Shown here: in pieces, positions 38,809 to 48,819 of the stretch
Position numbering within the stretch: the first letter of the stretch is position 1
Layout: each line of letters begins with the position of its first letter
Assembly: GCA_026416845.1 (NCBI GenBank)
Contig: JAOAEL010000003.1
Coordinates: 5,447 to 69,446, forward strand
Source of the DNA: Patescibacteria group bacterium
Lineage (GTDB): Bacteria; Patescibacteriota; Microgenomatia; UBA8517
Length of the DNA: 64,000 nucleotides
Direction: 5' to 3'
The notes under the pieces: generated by a model
What the model saw: only the letters and a program-made list of their open reading frames with translations
The model's database searches: none
What the model was told of the DNA's origin: nothing
Position numbers and translations under genes: made by a program

Positions 38809-39348
38809 TTACAACCACTCTTTCTTCAAAAACTCTTCCCGAAAGAAATCAAAATAAAAATAATCATGATTGTCTGCTTGCATCTTAACCAATTTAATAT
38901 CTTTATTAGCGCCATTTAAAAATTCTTTCACCTGATCATACAAGCCATGAGGATCTAAATCATTTTGCACAACCAAAATTTTTTTGGCGCTAATGCCAAA
39001 AAAACAATTTGCAAATTTTTCTTTTGCAAAAACACTTAAGTCATTAAGCGGCAAACCGCAAAAAATAATTCTTTCAAAATCCACATCTTGTTCATGTGCA
39101 ATCAAATTTGCTCCAACATAAGTTCCAATAGACTTAGCAAGCAAAAACAAATTATTTTGGTTTTTTATTTTTTCTTTTATTCCCAATATCTCTTTTTTAA
39201 GCGAAAAATCCTTTTTATTTCCTGTTCTCCAATGAGTCCATTCGCGCAAAATACAAGAATTTCTTTTCCCTTTCGACAAACTCTTGCCTGCCTCTTCAAG
39301 CCATATTTTGTTCTTTACTGAAAAACCAGGAAGAATTAAAACTTTCAT
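38809..39348 (-). CDS. Hypothetical protein, alpha/beta-hydrolase-like fold candidate
   Basis: 179 aa. MKVLILPGFSVKN start resembles small alpha/beta hydrolases. No clear GxSxG. Confidence 0.25.
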   Translation of the reverse strand: MKVLILPGFSVKNKIWLEEAGKSLSKGKRNSCILREWTHWRTGNKKDFSLKKEILGIKEKIKNQNNLFLLAKSIGTYVGANLIAHEQDVDFERIIFCGLPLNDLSVFAKEKFANCFFGISAKKILVVQNDLDPHGLYDQVKEFLNGANKDIKLVKMQADNHDYFYFDFFREEFLKKEWL

Positions 39349-39365
39349 TTGCGATTTTGACTTTT

Positions 39366-40379
39366 TTATTTCTGCACAAGAGCTTCAATTCCGGGCAAAG
39401 TTTTTAATGACAAATACTCAAGCATTGCCCCACCGCCAACTGATATCCAATCAAATTTATCATTTAGATTAAGTAGTGTAATCGCGGCTTCTGCGTCTCC
39501 ACCACCTGCCACTTTATAAGCGTGCGAATTTGCAATTGCTGTAAATACTTCTTTTGTGCCTTGCCGATGATCTTCATCTTCGTACTTACCGGGAACTCCA
39601 GCTAAAACTATTGTCCCTGCTTTGGCAATTTCCGCTTTGAAAATCTCAATAGTATCAGAATTTATATCTTCATTATCAAGAGTCAAACTGCCAATGATTA
39701 ATTTATCTGGATACGGATTTTCGTCACCGTAATATTTAGGCAAAAGCCCACCTGCAAGAATTCTATCAACATGATTTACCAAATGACTTATATAATCCAT
39801 TTTATCTCTTTTTACACCACTAATAACTGCCACTATAGGACGATTGGGGTTTTCCAAAACTCTTAAAAGCATCTCAACTTCCTTTTCAAATCTAAACCCT
39901 GCTGCTGATGGGAGAAAATTTGGAATTCCCACAATCGAGGCATGCCCACGATGCGACACAGCAAATGCTTCATTTACATAACATTGCGCAAGACTTGCCA
40001 AATGCCTTGCAAACTCTAAATCATTCTCTTCCTCCCTCTTGTCAAACCTAATATTCTCCAACAAAACAACATCTCCATCTTGCATTGTTTCTAATTTTTC
40101 TTGCCCAGCGCCAAAAATATCACGAATAAAAAAAACACTTCTGCCAAGCAATTCTTCTAAAACGAAAACTAACCTTTGAAGCGATAATTCTTCATTAATT
40201 CTCCCCTCAGGGCGACCTTTGTGTCCAATTATAATAACTTTTGAATTTGAGTTTAACAAATAATCCAAAGTGTCTTTGGAAAGTTCGATTCTGGAGAAAT
40301 CATTATCTACATCCAAATCCATTCGTAATATAACTTTCTTTTTTGACACATCCAAATCGTGGAGCTTTCTGATATTCAT
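39366..40379 (-). CDS. pgk: Phosphoglycerate kinase (shortened form)
   Basis: N-terminal VILRMDLDVD (RxDxNVP-like) and hinge/C-domain glycine-rich motifs (AGGGDA, GGGA). Only 337 aa versus ~390-400 typical. Confidence 0.75.
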   Translation of the reverse strand: MNIRKLHDLDVSKKKVILRMDLDVDNDFSRIELSKDTLDYLLNSNSKVIIIGHKGRPEGRINEELSLQRLVFVLEELLGRSVFFIRDIFGAGQEKLETMQDGDVVLLENIRFDKREEENDLEFARHLASLAQCYVNEAFAVSHRGHASIVGIPNFLPSAAGFRFEKEVEMLLRVLENPNRPIVAVISGVKRDKMDYISHLVNHVDRILAGGLLPKYYGDENPYPDKLIIGSLTLDNEDINSDTIEIFKAEIAKAGTIVLAGVPGKYEDEDHRQGTKEVFTAIANSHAYKVAGGGDAEAAITLLNLNDKFDWISVGGGAMLEYLSLKTLPGIEALVQK

Positions 40380-40380
40380 G

Positions 40381-40830
40381 TTAATTATTCTCTTCTATCT
40401 TTTTTATATCATCCAGTCTTCTTTTGTGCTTTTCTTTGCCGCTAAAGCCAGTTTCCAAAAAAGTTCGTGTCATCTCTTTAGCATCTTTTTCACTTATGAA
40501 ATCGGCCGCTAAAACAAGAATGTTCATATCGTCATCGTTTCTGCCCGCCTTTACTTGTTCGGGATTTATACCAATTGAGGCTCGAACTCCGTCAAATTTA
40601 TTCGCAGTAACATCCACCCCTACACCGCTTCCACATATTAGAATTCCACGATCTTTTGGATTATCAGCAACAACAATTGCCACTTTTTCAGCATAAAGCG
40701 TGTAATCATCAGCCAAATCAAGCTGGTAAGCTCCCATATCCAAAACCTGGTAATTATTTTCCAAAAGCCACTTGTAAATTTTTTGCTTAAGATAAAAGCC
40801 TCTATGGTCTGCACCAACGTATACTTTCAT
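40381..40830 (-). CDS. rpiB: Ribose-5-phosphate isomerase B (RpiB/LacAB family)
   Basis: MKVYVGADHRGFYLK...ILICGSGVGVDVTANK: RpiB signature with catalytic Cys in CGSG. 149 aa. Confidence 0.85.
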   Translation of the reverse strand: MKVYVGADHRGFYLKQKIYKWLLENNYQVLDMGAYQLDLADDYTLYAEKVAIVVADNPKDRGILICGSGVGVDVTANKFDGVRASIGINPEQVKAGRNDDDMNILVLAADFISEKDAKEMTRTFLETGFSGKEKHKRRLDDIKKIEENN

Positions 40831-40984
40831 AAAATTAACAAAGCATTAACAATAATTTATCATAATTTCACAAAACATATGCAAATCAACTGCCTGTTCA
40901 GTTACTTATAAAATCGAATATCATTGTAAATATTTAAAAAATTAACAAGAATAAACACTGCTAACACTTCATCTTTATTTAATT

Positions 40985-41716
40985 ATGACTAAAGAAATAA
41001 TTTTAATTCATGGTTGGGACTACAGATTCTACAACAACAATATAAACAAAAACGCTTCTAAAGACATAGCTTGGAGCAAAAGAAAAATACTGATTGAATT
41101 ACTAGGCAAACGATACAGGTTAAATTACTTTAACTTGCCTGGTTTTTGCAATGTGCCAGAACCATCAAGAGAAAGATTTGACGTTGAAGATTTTGGGGAT
41201 TATCTTGCCAACTGGATTAAAAGAAAAAGACACAAGCCTTACGCAATTCTTGGTTATTCATTCGGCTCAGTTGTGGCGCTTGACTACAAAGCAAGACACA
41301 ATAATCATATCCCGACAGTTTTAATCTCCCCGGCAATTCGCAGAAAAGAAACTTTTAAATCCGAAATTGCGCATTTAGCTAAAGGTCTAATTCCCGAATT
41401 TATATCGGGAGCGTTAAAAAATAGTTACCAATATTTATTTAGCAAGTACTATAGAAATGGCACCCCTTTTTTGAGAAAAAGTTATGATTTAATTGTCAGA
41501 AAAGACGAAACTTGCAAGTTACGGAGTGTTGATCCCAAAAGTTTATTGCTAATCTATGGATTAGAAGATAATGCCACTTTATGGCAAGATGTTGAAAACG
41601 TTGTTGTCAAAATTGGTATCAATTACGGTCTGATAAAAAATGGTAAACATAATATTGGCGAGACAAATCCTTTGGAAATAGTTAAATTGATAGATAAGTT
41701 TTTAGAATCAAAATGA
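40985..41716 (+). CDS. Alpha/beta hydrolase
   Basis: GYSFGS nucleophile elbow (GxSxG). 243 aa. Downstream acidic/His positions compatible with a Ser-Asp-His triad. Confidence 0.55.
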   Translation: MTKEIILIHGWDYRFYNNNINKNASKDIAWSKRKILIELLGKRYRLNYFNLPGFCNVPEPSRERFDVEDFGDYLANWIKRKRHKPYAILGYSFGSVVALDYKARHNNHIPTVLISPAIRRKETFKSEIAHLAKGLIPEFISGALKNSYQYLFSKYYRNGTPFLRKSYDLIVRKDETCKLRSVDPKSLLLIYGLEDNATLWQDVENVVVKIGINYGLIKNGKHNIGETNPLEIVKLIDKFLESK

Positions 41717-41720
41717 GGTA

Positions 41721-42101
41721 TTGCAAAAGATATTGTGCAAATATTATTCACACGCTTGTTTGCGTTTATTGGCAAATTTATTAATGCTTAAAAATCTGCT
41801 AAACTTGCCCGGTATGGAACAGGAAGGTTTAGAGTTAGAGAAAGAAAATACTCCAAACCAAGAAATAAGCTTAAGTATCATTTCGCCACGAGAATATGAC
41901 AGTCTTGGGACATTAAAATGGAGAGAATATCTTAATGCGCAAAGATCAGCCGAAGCATGGCGCCCTCCTGGCAACAGTTCTTGGAAAGAATATGCAAGAT
42001 ACCAAACCATACAAAGCATTGACGAATGGTCACAATATATCAAACCAAGATATAGTGACGGTGAGCGAGTTAGCATAATTGGAATAACAAATTTAATATG
42101 A
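41721..42101 (+). CDS. Hypothetical protein
   Basis: ORF only. Likely real start at internal Met (MEQEGLELEK). No motif. Confidence 0.2.
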   Translation: MQKILCKYYSHACLRLLANLLMLKNLLNLPGMEQEGLELEKENTPNQEISLSIISPREYDSLGTLKWREYLNAQRSAEAWRPPGNSSWKEYARYQTIQSIDEWSQYIKPRYSDGERVSIIGITNLI

Positions 42102-42128
42102 TCTGGAATTTCAGGTCCAAACACTGCC

Positions 42129-42713
42129 GTGGTGCTAGATAGTGGCGGCACTCACAGTGTTGCTATGGCCGTAAAGCTAGCAGAATCAGGATACCAGCCA
42201 ATTGTTATGCTTGACGCAATAGTTCATCCCAAAGGGATAGTGAGAGCAGAACAAGATTTGGCAGTGCTTTTGTACTTTGCCGGCGAGATGGAAAAATTAA
42301 AAACCGAAGGAAAAATAACAGACACCTCATCACCGGTTTTTGTTTTAAATTGTCATAGAATTGGTTTTTGTGAAAGTTTATTCGACAACAGCTATACATT
42401 CACAAACAAAGACTTCCCAAATGCCAAAGAATTAAAAGCAAACAGCATAACTTGCGTTGTTTACTTAAATGAAACCAACCAAAACGGGTACATATTACCA
42501 GACTTTCAAGCAATTGACCGTGTAAGCGATGATCTACAACCATTAATAATGGATTGGCAGGCAAATGGAATACAAGTACTTTATTCAGGAGTTTATCCTT
42601 GGCCAAACGATCCTCAATTACCAAAACCAATTGAATTTATAAGAACATATCAAATACACAATCAATCTGACACTACAATTACCAAAAACTGCGCAAGAGA
42701 AATCAAATGGTGA
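42129..42713 (+). CDS. Hypothetical protein
   Basis: 194 aa ORF with an alpha/beta pattern. No motif recognised. Confidence 0.25.
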   Translation: MVLDSGGTHSVAMAVKLAESGYQPIVMLDAIVHPKGIVRAEQDLAVLLYFAGEMEKLKTEGKITDTSSPVFVLNCHRIGFCESLFDNSYTFTNKDFPNAKELKANSITCVVYLNETNQNGYILPDFQAIDRVSDDLQPLIMDWQANGIQVLYSGVYPWPNDPQLPKPIEFIRTYQIHNQSDTTITKNCAREIKW

Positions 42714-42797
42714 ATCTTGACTTTCAAATCTATTAAAAAATCCAATATCATTTAAAAACAAACCTGTAAATTTCTATCAAAACAAAAATAATTATCC

Positions 42798-43445
42798 TTA
42801 ATACCCACTTGTCAAATCCAAAAGCACTTTTTTGGGATCTTCTGAAAGCACAACCGAAGAAGAAACCGCCACGCCGCTGGCTCCTAATTTTAGGCTTGTT
42901 TGAACATCATACCTATCTTTGACACCAGCCCCCACAATCACAGGAATCGGAGATACAACTTCAACAACAGAAGAAATAACATCAGGCTTGGCGCGAGCCA
43001 CCGAAGTCTCTAAAGACGCAATAAGTTCAGGCGGTTCGTATCCGATTAAATTAGGCCTATAAGCGATATAAGATCTTGCTTCTTCCAAACTTGAAGCAAA
43101 AACCAAAGTGGTAAGTCCAAGACTGCGAGCACGATTTATAGTGTTTTTCAAAACATCCTCAGAAAGTTTGTGTTCGGAATGATTAAGCAAAACACCAGTT
43201 GCTCCTGATTCTTGTATGGCTTCAAGAGTAATAAAACCAGTGGATTGACCAGGTTCGTAAAAATCGGCATGTTGCGCCCAAGTTCCTGTTATCATTGTTT
43301 GATGAACAAGTTGTAAATCAGTAATTTGAGGAGCCGCAATTATTTCCCTGCCAGTTTCAACTATTACCTCGCGTATAATTCTTGCCAAATTCTGCGCCCT
43401 TATATGACTAACCTGTTGGTAAGTTTTAAAATTAACTATTATCAT
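42798..43445 (-). CDS. tpiA: Triosephosphate isomerase, archaeal-type (short, ~215 aa)
   Basis: IIVNFKTYQQ (N-terminal NxK), LNHSEHK (catalytic His), EPPELIAS (catalytic Glu), VGAGV. Length and motifs match the archaeal tetrameric TIM type, not the ~250-aa bacterial type. Confidence 0.8.
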   Translation of the reverse strand: MIIVNFKTYQQVSHIRAQNLARIIREVIVETGREIIAAPQITDLQLVHQTMITGTWAQHADFYEPGQSTGFITLEAIQESGATGVLLNHSEHKLSEDVLKNTINRARSLGLTTLVFASSLEEARSYIAYRPNLIGYEPPELIASLETSVARAKPDVISSVVEVVSPIPVIVGAGVKDRYDVQTSLKLGASGVAVSSSVVLSEDPKKVLLDLTSGY

Positions 43446-43482
43446 GACTGTTTCTCAAGATTGGTTTTACAACTTAATAAAA

Positions 43483-44205
43483 TTAGACAAACAAAAACGA
43501 TAAATATTTATACCATGTTGGCGAATCAATTTTAACTATCTCTCCTGTCACTGCGGAAATGTAAGTTTGCACTGGCACTTTATATGTGTAAAAAGAATAA
43601 AAAGAAAAATGCTTCTCTCCTGAGAGTTTATAAAAAATCTTGCCATTTTCATCTATTATTTCAGAATCATTGGCAACTAAACTGACAATTCTGGAACGAA
43701 GCGCCGTAAAAACTGCCTGTTGAGGGAAGATAGTCAAATTTGATTCCCCATAGGAAGTTTTCAAACTAACCCTTGCTTCTTTGGGATCAATTAAAATCGG
43801 TAAAGAAGTTAACGCTTTGGTTTCGTCTTGAGCGATAACAAACTTGCCGTCTTGCACCGACACTGAGATTTTGCTTATCGCGGGTCTTTCTTCTATCTCC
43901 AAAATTTTATCTCCAAAGTTTGTCACTTCAAAAACTTTCTCTTTATTGTCTAATGAAACAATCATATTCAAACTGCTTCCAATTTTTGAAAGCTCAATTG
44001 CGGGATTTGACAATTTATGTGAAAGGTTTGCAATTTTAGTAACTGCAATCTCGGAAACCTGAGCCTCAGGCAAAACAACCTTGTCAGATAAAACATTCCA
44101 CCTTAACTCTCCTGATTTGTCGATAATAACTATTTGAGCCTTTATGTCGCTAGCACAACAAACAAAAAAGCAAAGAGCCACAATTAACAAATAAAACAAC
44201 CTCAT
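43483..44205 (-). CDS. Secreted hypothetical protein (signal peptide, possible lipobox)
   Basis: MRLFYLLIVALCFFVCCASD signal sequence. 240 aa beta-rich. No motif. Confidence 0.3.
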   Translation of the reverse strand: MRLFYLLIVALCFFVCCASDIKAQIVIIDKSGELRWNVLSDKVVLPEAQVSEIAVTKIANLSHKLSNPAIELSKIGSSLNMIVSLDNKEKVFEVTNFGDKILEIEERPAISKISVSVQDGKFVIAQDETKALTSLPILIDPKEARVSLKTSYGESNLTIFPQQAVFTALRSRIVSLVANDSEIIDENGKIFYKLSGEKHFSFYSFYTYKVPVQTYISAVTGEIVKIDSPTWYKYLSFLFV

Positions 44206-44299
44206 AAGCTACTTTCAAACAAGAGACTATAAAAAAAACCTACCAACAAATCAATAATAGAATTACCGCATTTTTAACGCAAAATTTCCGAGTTTGGTT

Positions 44300-44491
44300 T
44301 CAGTTATTTTTAAGATAAACGCCAAAAAGACCCAAAACTGATGCGACTAAAAGCCATTGTGTTGATGCAAGCCAAATATCCCAACCAAGATAGCCAATGG
44401 CAGATAGCACAACAGCTATCACAGCGCCAAACATCAAAAGCGGAGATAAAGACTGCATCATTGTTTCATTGTTACTTGATTTTTTTGCCAT
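44300..44491 (-). CDS. Small membrane protein (63 aa, two TM)
   Basis: Two hydrophobic helices. ORF only. Confidence 0.2.
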   Translation of the reverse strand: MAKKSSNNETMMQSLSPLLMFGAVIAVVLSAIGYLGWDIWLASTQWLLVASVLGLFGVYLKNN

Positions 44492-44596
44492 AATAAAAAA
44501 TCACCTCCCTTTTTTTGCTTGAAAAACTTTTTTTAACTTAAACTCAAATACTCAAATTCAGTATAACAACAAACGCGCAAATGTTTAAATATGTTA

Positions 44597-45118
44597 TTAC
44601 AAGACATAATACTCAATAAAATATCCTGTTAAATAGGCAAAACTCGCCGCCATGCCTCCAAGCAATAAAAGCTCAAAGCCTCCTTTGATAAAATTTTTGT
44701 GAGTAAAAAGCGAACGCAAAGCGCCAATAAAAAATAAAGAGATAACAACAACAATTATAGATCCCAAAAATTTGTTATGAAAATTAAAAACATAAGGAAT
44801 CATTGGCAAAAAACCTGCAACAACAAAAGAAATATAAGTAACAGCTCCATGCTTAAGTGGAGAATTTACAATTACCTTTTTCCCCAGCGCTTTTTCGTAT
44901 TCCATTTGACTTTTAATATTCATATAATTGCCAAATGCCATGGAAAGCCCATCGGCCAGTAGATTTGCAAATCCCAAAATTAACACAACAGAAGGCGCCA
45001 ATGAAGCTCCTGAGACTCCACTGACAACTGCAAAAGTGGTAATTATTCCATCGCTTGCCGCAAAAACACTGTCTCCTAAATAAGTGGCCTGCTGGTAAAC
45101 ACGAGAGACTTTGGGCAT
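44597..45118 (-). CDS. VIT1/CCC1-family (DUF125) iron/manganese transporter
   Basis: AASDGIITTFAVVSGVSGA matches the VIT-family G(A/S)NDGIVSTFALVAGV motif, with several C-terminal TM helices. Start set to the internal ATG (MPKVSRV, 45116-45118). The ORF-track 5' extension to 45229 (MRHSLGFSP...) looks non-native. Confidence 0.6.
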   Translation of the reverse strand: MPKVSRVYQQATYLGDSVFAASDGIITTFAVVSGVSGASLAPSVVLILGFANLLADGLSMAFGNYMNIKSQMEYEKALGKKVIVNSPLKHGAVTYISFVVAGFLPMIPYVFNFHNKFLGSIIVVVISLFFIGALRSLFTHKNFIKGGFELLLLGGMAASFAYLTGYFIEYYVL

Positions 45119-45329
45119 CAATTTTATACTAACACAAAAACATTCTTGCAAAGTACCAAACAAAAAACTATAGTGATGACTGTAAGCTGTGTTCAAGGAA
45201 TTGGGTGAAAATCCCAAACTGTGCCGCAACTGTAAATGGTTTTTTTGACATCTAAAGTCAAAAAAATCAAAGTCAGAAAACTAGCAGCTTATAATTTCTC
45301 GTTGGTCTTTTTCTCGAGCAAGAAAAACC

Positions 45330-45752
45330 ATGAGCACCATAGAAGGATTGCTTAATCAGTATTATGCTGGTTGGAAAAATCAGCCCGATAATAGAGTTGT
45401 GGTAGAAGTGGCTTCTGTTTATTTGGAACAGAAACATCTGCCTGAAAGTTATGGTTTTAAGATCACTTCAAATGGACTTGTTGATAATACATCTGGCAAG
45501 CTCGTTAGATCTTTTATCGCAAGAAACACAAGAACAGACCAGATAGAAGGAGAGGCGTTTGACAAAATAGAAAAATGGGCAGTTGAATACGGATTGAAAC
45601 AAGGGAAAAACGCAATCTCCTCAATATGGATTAGCCCTCCAAGCGCTGATCGATCGGAAGACACTAAATTTATAATTAGCACAATACAAAAAAAGTTGGT
45701 GGGGACAAGCCAGACTTTACAATTGCGCTTTTTTGGTAAGAGGCAGTCCTGA
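45330..45752 (+). CDS. Hypothetical protein
   Basis: 140 aa ORF. It overlaps the next ORF by 20 bp in a different frame, so the pair may be one gene split by a frameshift or a programmed overlap. Confidence 0.25.
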   Translation: MSTIEGLLNQYYAGWKNQPDNRVVVEVASVYLEQKHLPESYGFKITSNGLVDNTSGKLVRSFIARNTRTDQIEGEAFDKIEKWAVEYGLKQGKNAISSIWISPPSADRSEDTKFIISTIQKKLVGTSQTLQLRFFGKRQS

Positions 45753-46260
45753 TCAAGCTATCAATGTGGCAAACAAAATGATTTCAGCAATGAATCTTTC
45801 ATTGCCTTCGTTTACAGAATTAGATTCACTGCGAGCTAACCCATTTTTGTTCAAAGACAAAATTGATATTTCAGAAATTATAAGGATCATTGAATCCGAA
45901 TATCCTAGGCAAGAAGCGATTGAAATTATAAAGCAAGGCAAAGTTGATCAAGTTACTCGTCAAGCATCACAACTAGGCAAAGATTATCTGAGAAAAGCAA
46001 AATACGGACAAAAAATTGGCAATAAATCTCAACAATTCATGTCATCAACATACGAATATGAACCAAGTTGCCCACCTGTGTTTTATACCGAGACATCATC
46101 CGCATCTGAAATCATGCTAAAAGACGGAATAAAATATAAATTTGTCAAAAAATGTGGAGGAAAAACTTGGTGGGGCGGCACATGTAATGCAAAAATTGAA
46201 AAATTCATAGCAAAAGGGTATAAATGCCCACATTGCAAAAACATATACCAAGGGTGTTGA
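45733..46260 (+). CDS. Hypothetical protein with C-terminal C4 zinc-ribbon
   Basis: C-terminal KCGGKTWWGGTCNAK...YKCPHCKN contains CxxxC...CxxC spacing of a zinc ribbon. Confidence 0.25.
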   Translation: MVRGSPDQAINVANKMISAMNLSLPSFTELDSLRANPFLFKDKIDISEIIRIIESEYPRQEAIEIIKQGKVDQVTRQASQLGKDYLRKAKYGQKIGNKSQQFMSSTYEYEPSCPPVFYTETSSASEIMLKDGIKYKFVKKCGGKTWWGGTCNAKIEKFIAKGYKCPHCKNIYQGC

Positions 46261-46392
46261 ATGATGAGATCTTAAACAAAATCAATTAAAATGCCAGAAA
46301 CTTTGCAATTTATTAGAATCAAAAAGTTTTAAAAAGCAATTCTTGAAAACATTGGCAAACACAAAAAATTTGCTAGTTTTGGCGCAGTGTAA

Positions 46393-46701
46393 TCAAAAAT
46401 CAAATTGCTCTTGAACCCATTTTGCTGTTGGCGGATTACCGTTGAAACAGGGATTACCCGGTCTTTTTTGGCTCAACAGATGACAATTTTGTTTAGGATT
46501 ATCGCCAATCAAAACTTCCCAATACCTACCCCACACACAAATGTCATAAACTTTTCTTAAACTTCCATCCTCTGATCTTCTATAAACTTTATACATGTAC
46601 TGACAACTGTCACACTCTATTTTTCTACCAGTAGGGCTTCCATCCCACCTACCCCCTCTTGTGAGATTTTCATGCAAAATAATTCTCTCGGGATTAGACA
46701 T
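46393..46701 (-). CDS. Small Cys/His-rich hypothetical protein (possible zinc-binding, HNH-like not established)
   Basis: 102 aa with CDSC ... C ... NCH ... NPC arrangement. No confident family. Confidence 0.2.
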   Translation of the reverse strand: MSNPERIILHENLTRGGRWDGSPTGRKIECDSCQYMYKVYRRSEDGSLRKVYDICVWGRYWEVLIGDNPKQNCHLLSQKRPGNPCFNGNPPTAKWVQEQFDF

Positions 46702-46940
46702 AATTTAAATTGATCAAAAGCTTATCTTAAAAATTATAAAAAAATCGCATAAAGTCAAAGCGAGAGCATAAAATTGTTTTATTGGCAATAAGTCGTTTTA
46801 TCACTTCTAAACACAAAGCAAGCAATAATTTATTGCCAAAAACAAATCACTATTTTAATCTATTCTGGCAATAAAAAATTAAATTGTACCAACAATTTTA
46901 ACCTTGCGCACTTGATTAATAAAACAATATAATTTGTTCA

Positions 46941-48248
46941 ATGGATTATTCAAACCTGCCAACTTCAGCAAACTCAAAATTAAAGAATGCCAGTTCACAA
47001 ATACCAGCTAATGATTCTACGACAACAAATAATCAACCAGTTGAAAGCATAGTTATCATTAGCCCGGAGTCAATAGATACACAAACCGCAAGTAAACCAA
47101 CAGAAAGCTCCAAAGGAAAATCTAAAAAGCTTTTCTTAGGCATGGTAATTGCTTTTTTACTTCTGGCAATTGTTGTAAGCGGTGGAATGTATGCTCTTGC
47201 ATATAATAAAATCAAGCTTCCTCAATTTTCTGAATTTCAGAAGAAAGTTGAATTTTTGGTAATGGACTTGCCTTTCATACGAAAGTCAGCAAGATATCTA
47301 ATTTACAAAACATCCTTTGCAAACAAATCATACACATCATATGGTTTTGACATATCGTTAGCAATCAGCCCAAATGAAAGTACAATCCCAAACCTTTTAG
47401 GAATTTCCAATTTTGACTTTTCAGCAAAAGGACAAATAGATTATTCAGATTTAGAAAACATAATTTTATCCACAAATGTATCAGCAACAAAAGAATTAAA
47501 TATTGACTTTGCTCTCAAAAATAAGCTTCTCTATTTCAAAATCAACAAATTTCCACTGGCTATACTTGCTCTTACTGGACTTGACTCAGAGTCGGTCTCG
47601 ACCCTCACAAACGTTTGGGTTAGTTACGATACTACAACTCTTGCGACAAACGCTAGAGAGTTGCTTGATAACTCAAAATCTGAAAAAGGACAATTCCAAT
47701 TTTCTGAAAAATTAATTGAAGAAATCGATGAAACAATAGCAAAGGAGATTTCGGTCACTGAAGAATTAGATAATGGAATTAAAGTCTACAAACTTAAGCT
47801 AAACCCAACTAATGAAACTCTGAATAAGCTGATCATAGAAATTGAAAAGGAATTTGGGATCCAATCGGGTCAATTTAGTAAGATATCAGATATAATCAAA
47901 AATGCTTCAATTGAAATTTGGTTAGACGCAAAAAATTTTTACACAAAACAAATCTCGGCAATCTTTACAATCAAGCCAAACAAAAATAACCAAAATCAAC
48001 AATTTAATATTTCAGAAACACCAAGTATTTCCTATGATAATCTGATTGGTGAAAACACAGAAACAAAAGTAGCGCTAGTTATTAAGTTTTTTGACTTTGG
48101 CAAACCTGTCCAAATTGAGATGCCCGAAAATCCAATAACTTTTGAACAATACTTAGCAAAGTGGTCCTTAATCGTACTTGGACGCTACAAAAATTCAGAA
48201 ACAAATTTCAATCTGTATAAAGAATCTTTTGAACAACTTCCTCAGTGA
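46941..48248 (+). CDS. Membrane-anchored extracytoplasmic hypothetical protein
   Basis: 435 aa. S/T/N-rich N-terminus, single TM (LFLGMVIAFLLLAIVVSGGMYALAY), large beta-rich ectodomain. Confidence 0.3.
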   Translation: MDYSNLPTSANSKLKNASSQIPANDSTTTNNQPVESIVIISPESIDTQTASKPTESSKGKSKKLFLGMVIAFLLLAIVVSGGMYALAYNKIKLPQFSEFQKKVEFLVMDLPFIRKSARYLIYKTSFANKSYTSYGFDISLAISPNESTIPNLLGISNFDFSAKGQIDYSDLENIILSTNVSATKELNIDFALKNKLLYFKINKFPLAILALTGLDSESVSTLTNVWVSYDTTTLATNARELLDNSKSEKGQFQFSEKLIEEIDETIAKEISVTEELDNGIKVYKLKLNPTNETLNKLIIEIEKEFGIQSGQFSKISDIIKNASIEIWLDAKNFYTKQISAIFTIKPNKNNQNQQFNISETPSISYDNLIGENTETKVALVIKFFDFGKPVQIEMPENPITFEQYLAKWSLIVLGRYKNSETNFNLYKESFEQLPQ

Positions 48249-48250
48249 TT

Positions 48251-48646
48251 TTAGTGATTAAAGTATTTTTTTAATCCTTCGGTAGTGTCAAAATAGAACG
48301 CATGCTTGTCTAAAAGTTCTAAAAGTTCGGATTTCCTTATCCACTTTGACCATTCCCATTCTTGAGAATTAGGAATCTTACCATTATATATCAGTTCATA
48401 AAAATGAACATTGTAAAGTATTGGCCATAAACCCCAAGTTAATGTAAATAATTTTTTTGGAGTTTTATTAATTCCAGTTTCTTCAAACAACTCACGCTTA
48501 GCAGCTTCATCGACAACTTCTCCAAATTTAACCTTGCCCCCAGCTCCAACTCCCAAAAAGCCTGGAGCAACAATTTTTTTGACACTTCTTTTGTGTACAA
48601 AATATTCGCCTTTATTGTTTTTTATAAAAACAATTACTACATCCAC
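48251..48646 (-). CDS. NUDIX hydrolase
   Basis: GGGKVKFGEVVDEAAKRELFEETGI is a canonical Nudix box. 131 aa. Confidence 0.7.
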   Translation of the reverse strand: MDVVIVFIKNNKGEYFVHKRSVKKIVAPGFLGVGAGGKVKFGEVVDEAAKRELFEETGINKTPKKLFTLTWGLWPILYNVHFYELIYNGKIPNSQEWEWSKWIRKSELLELLDKHAFYFDTTEGLKKYFNH

Positions 48647-48819
48647 AATTTAGATTGTAAAATATTTCATGAATAAAACAATATCTCCAAAACCCCGAAA
48701 AAAGCTAAAAAAAAATGCATGTAAAAATTAAATCAATTTTCTTAATCTTAAAATTTATAAAAGAAAATAAAACAAATTTGCAAAAATAAAATAAAAGCAA
48801 AATAAAAAATTAAAAAATT

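Noticed and set aside
40270-40696. Plus-strand ORFs overlapping pgk and rpiB
   Set aside because: They are antisense to two well-supported glycolytic and PPP genes, and therefore spurious.
46393-46701. HNH endonuclease call for the Cys/His-rich 102-aa protein
   Set aside because: The Cys/His spacing does not clearly fit the HNH beta-beta-alpha-Me motif. It is left as a hypothetical zinc-binding protein.
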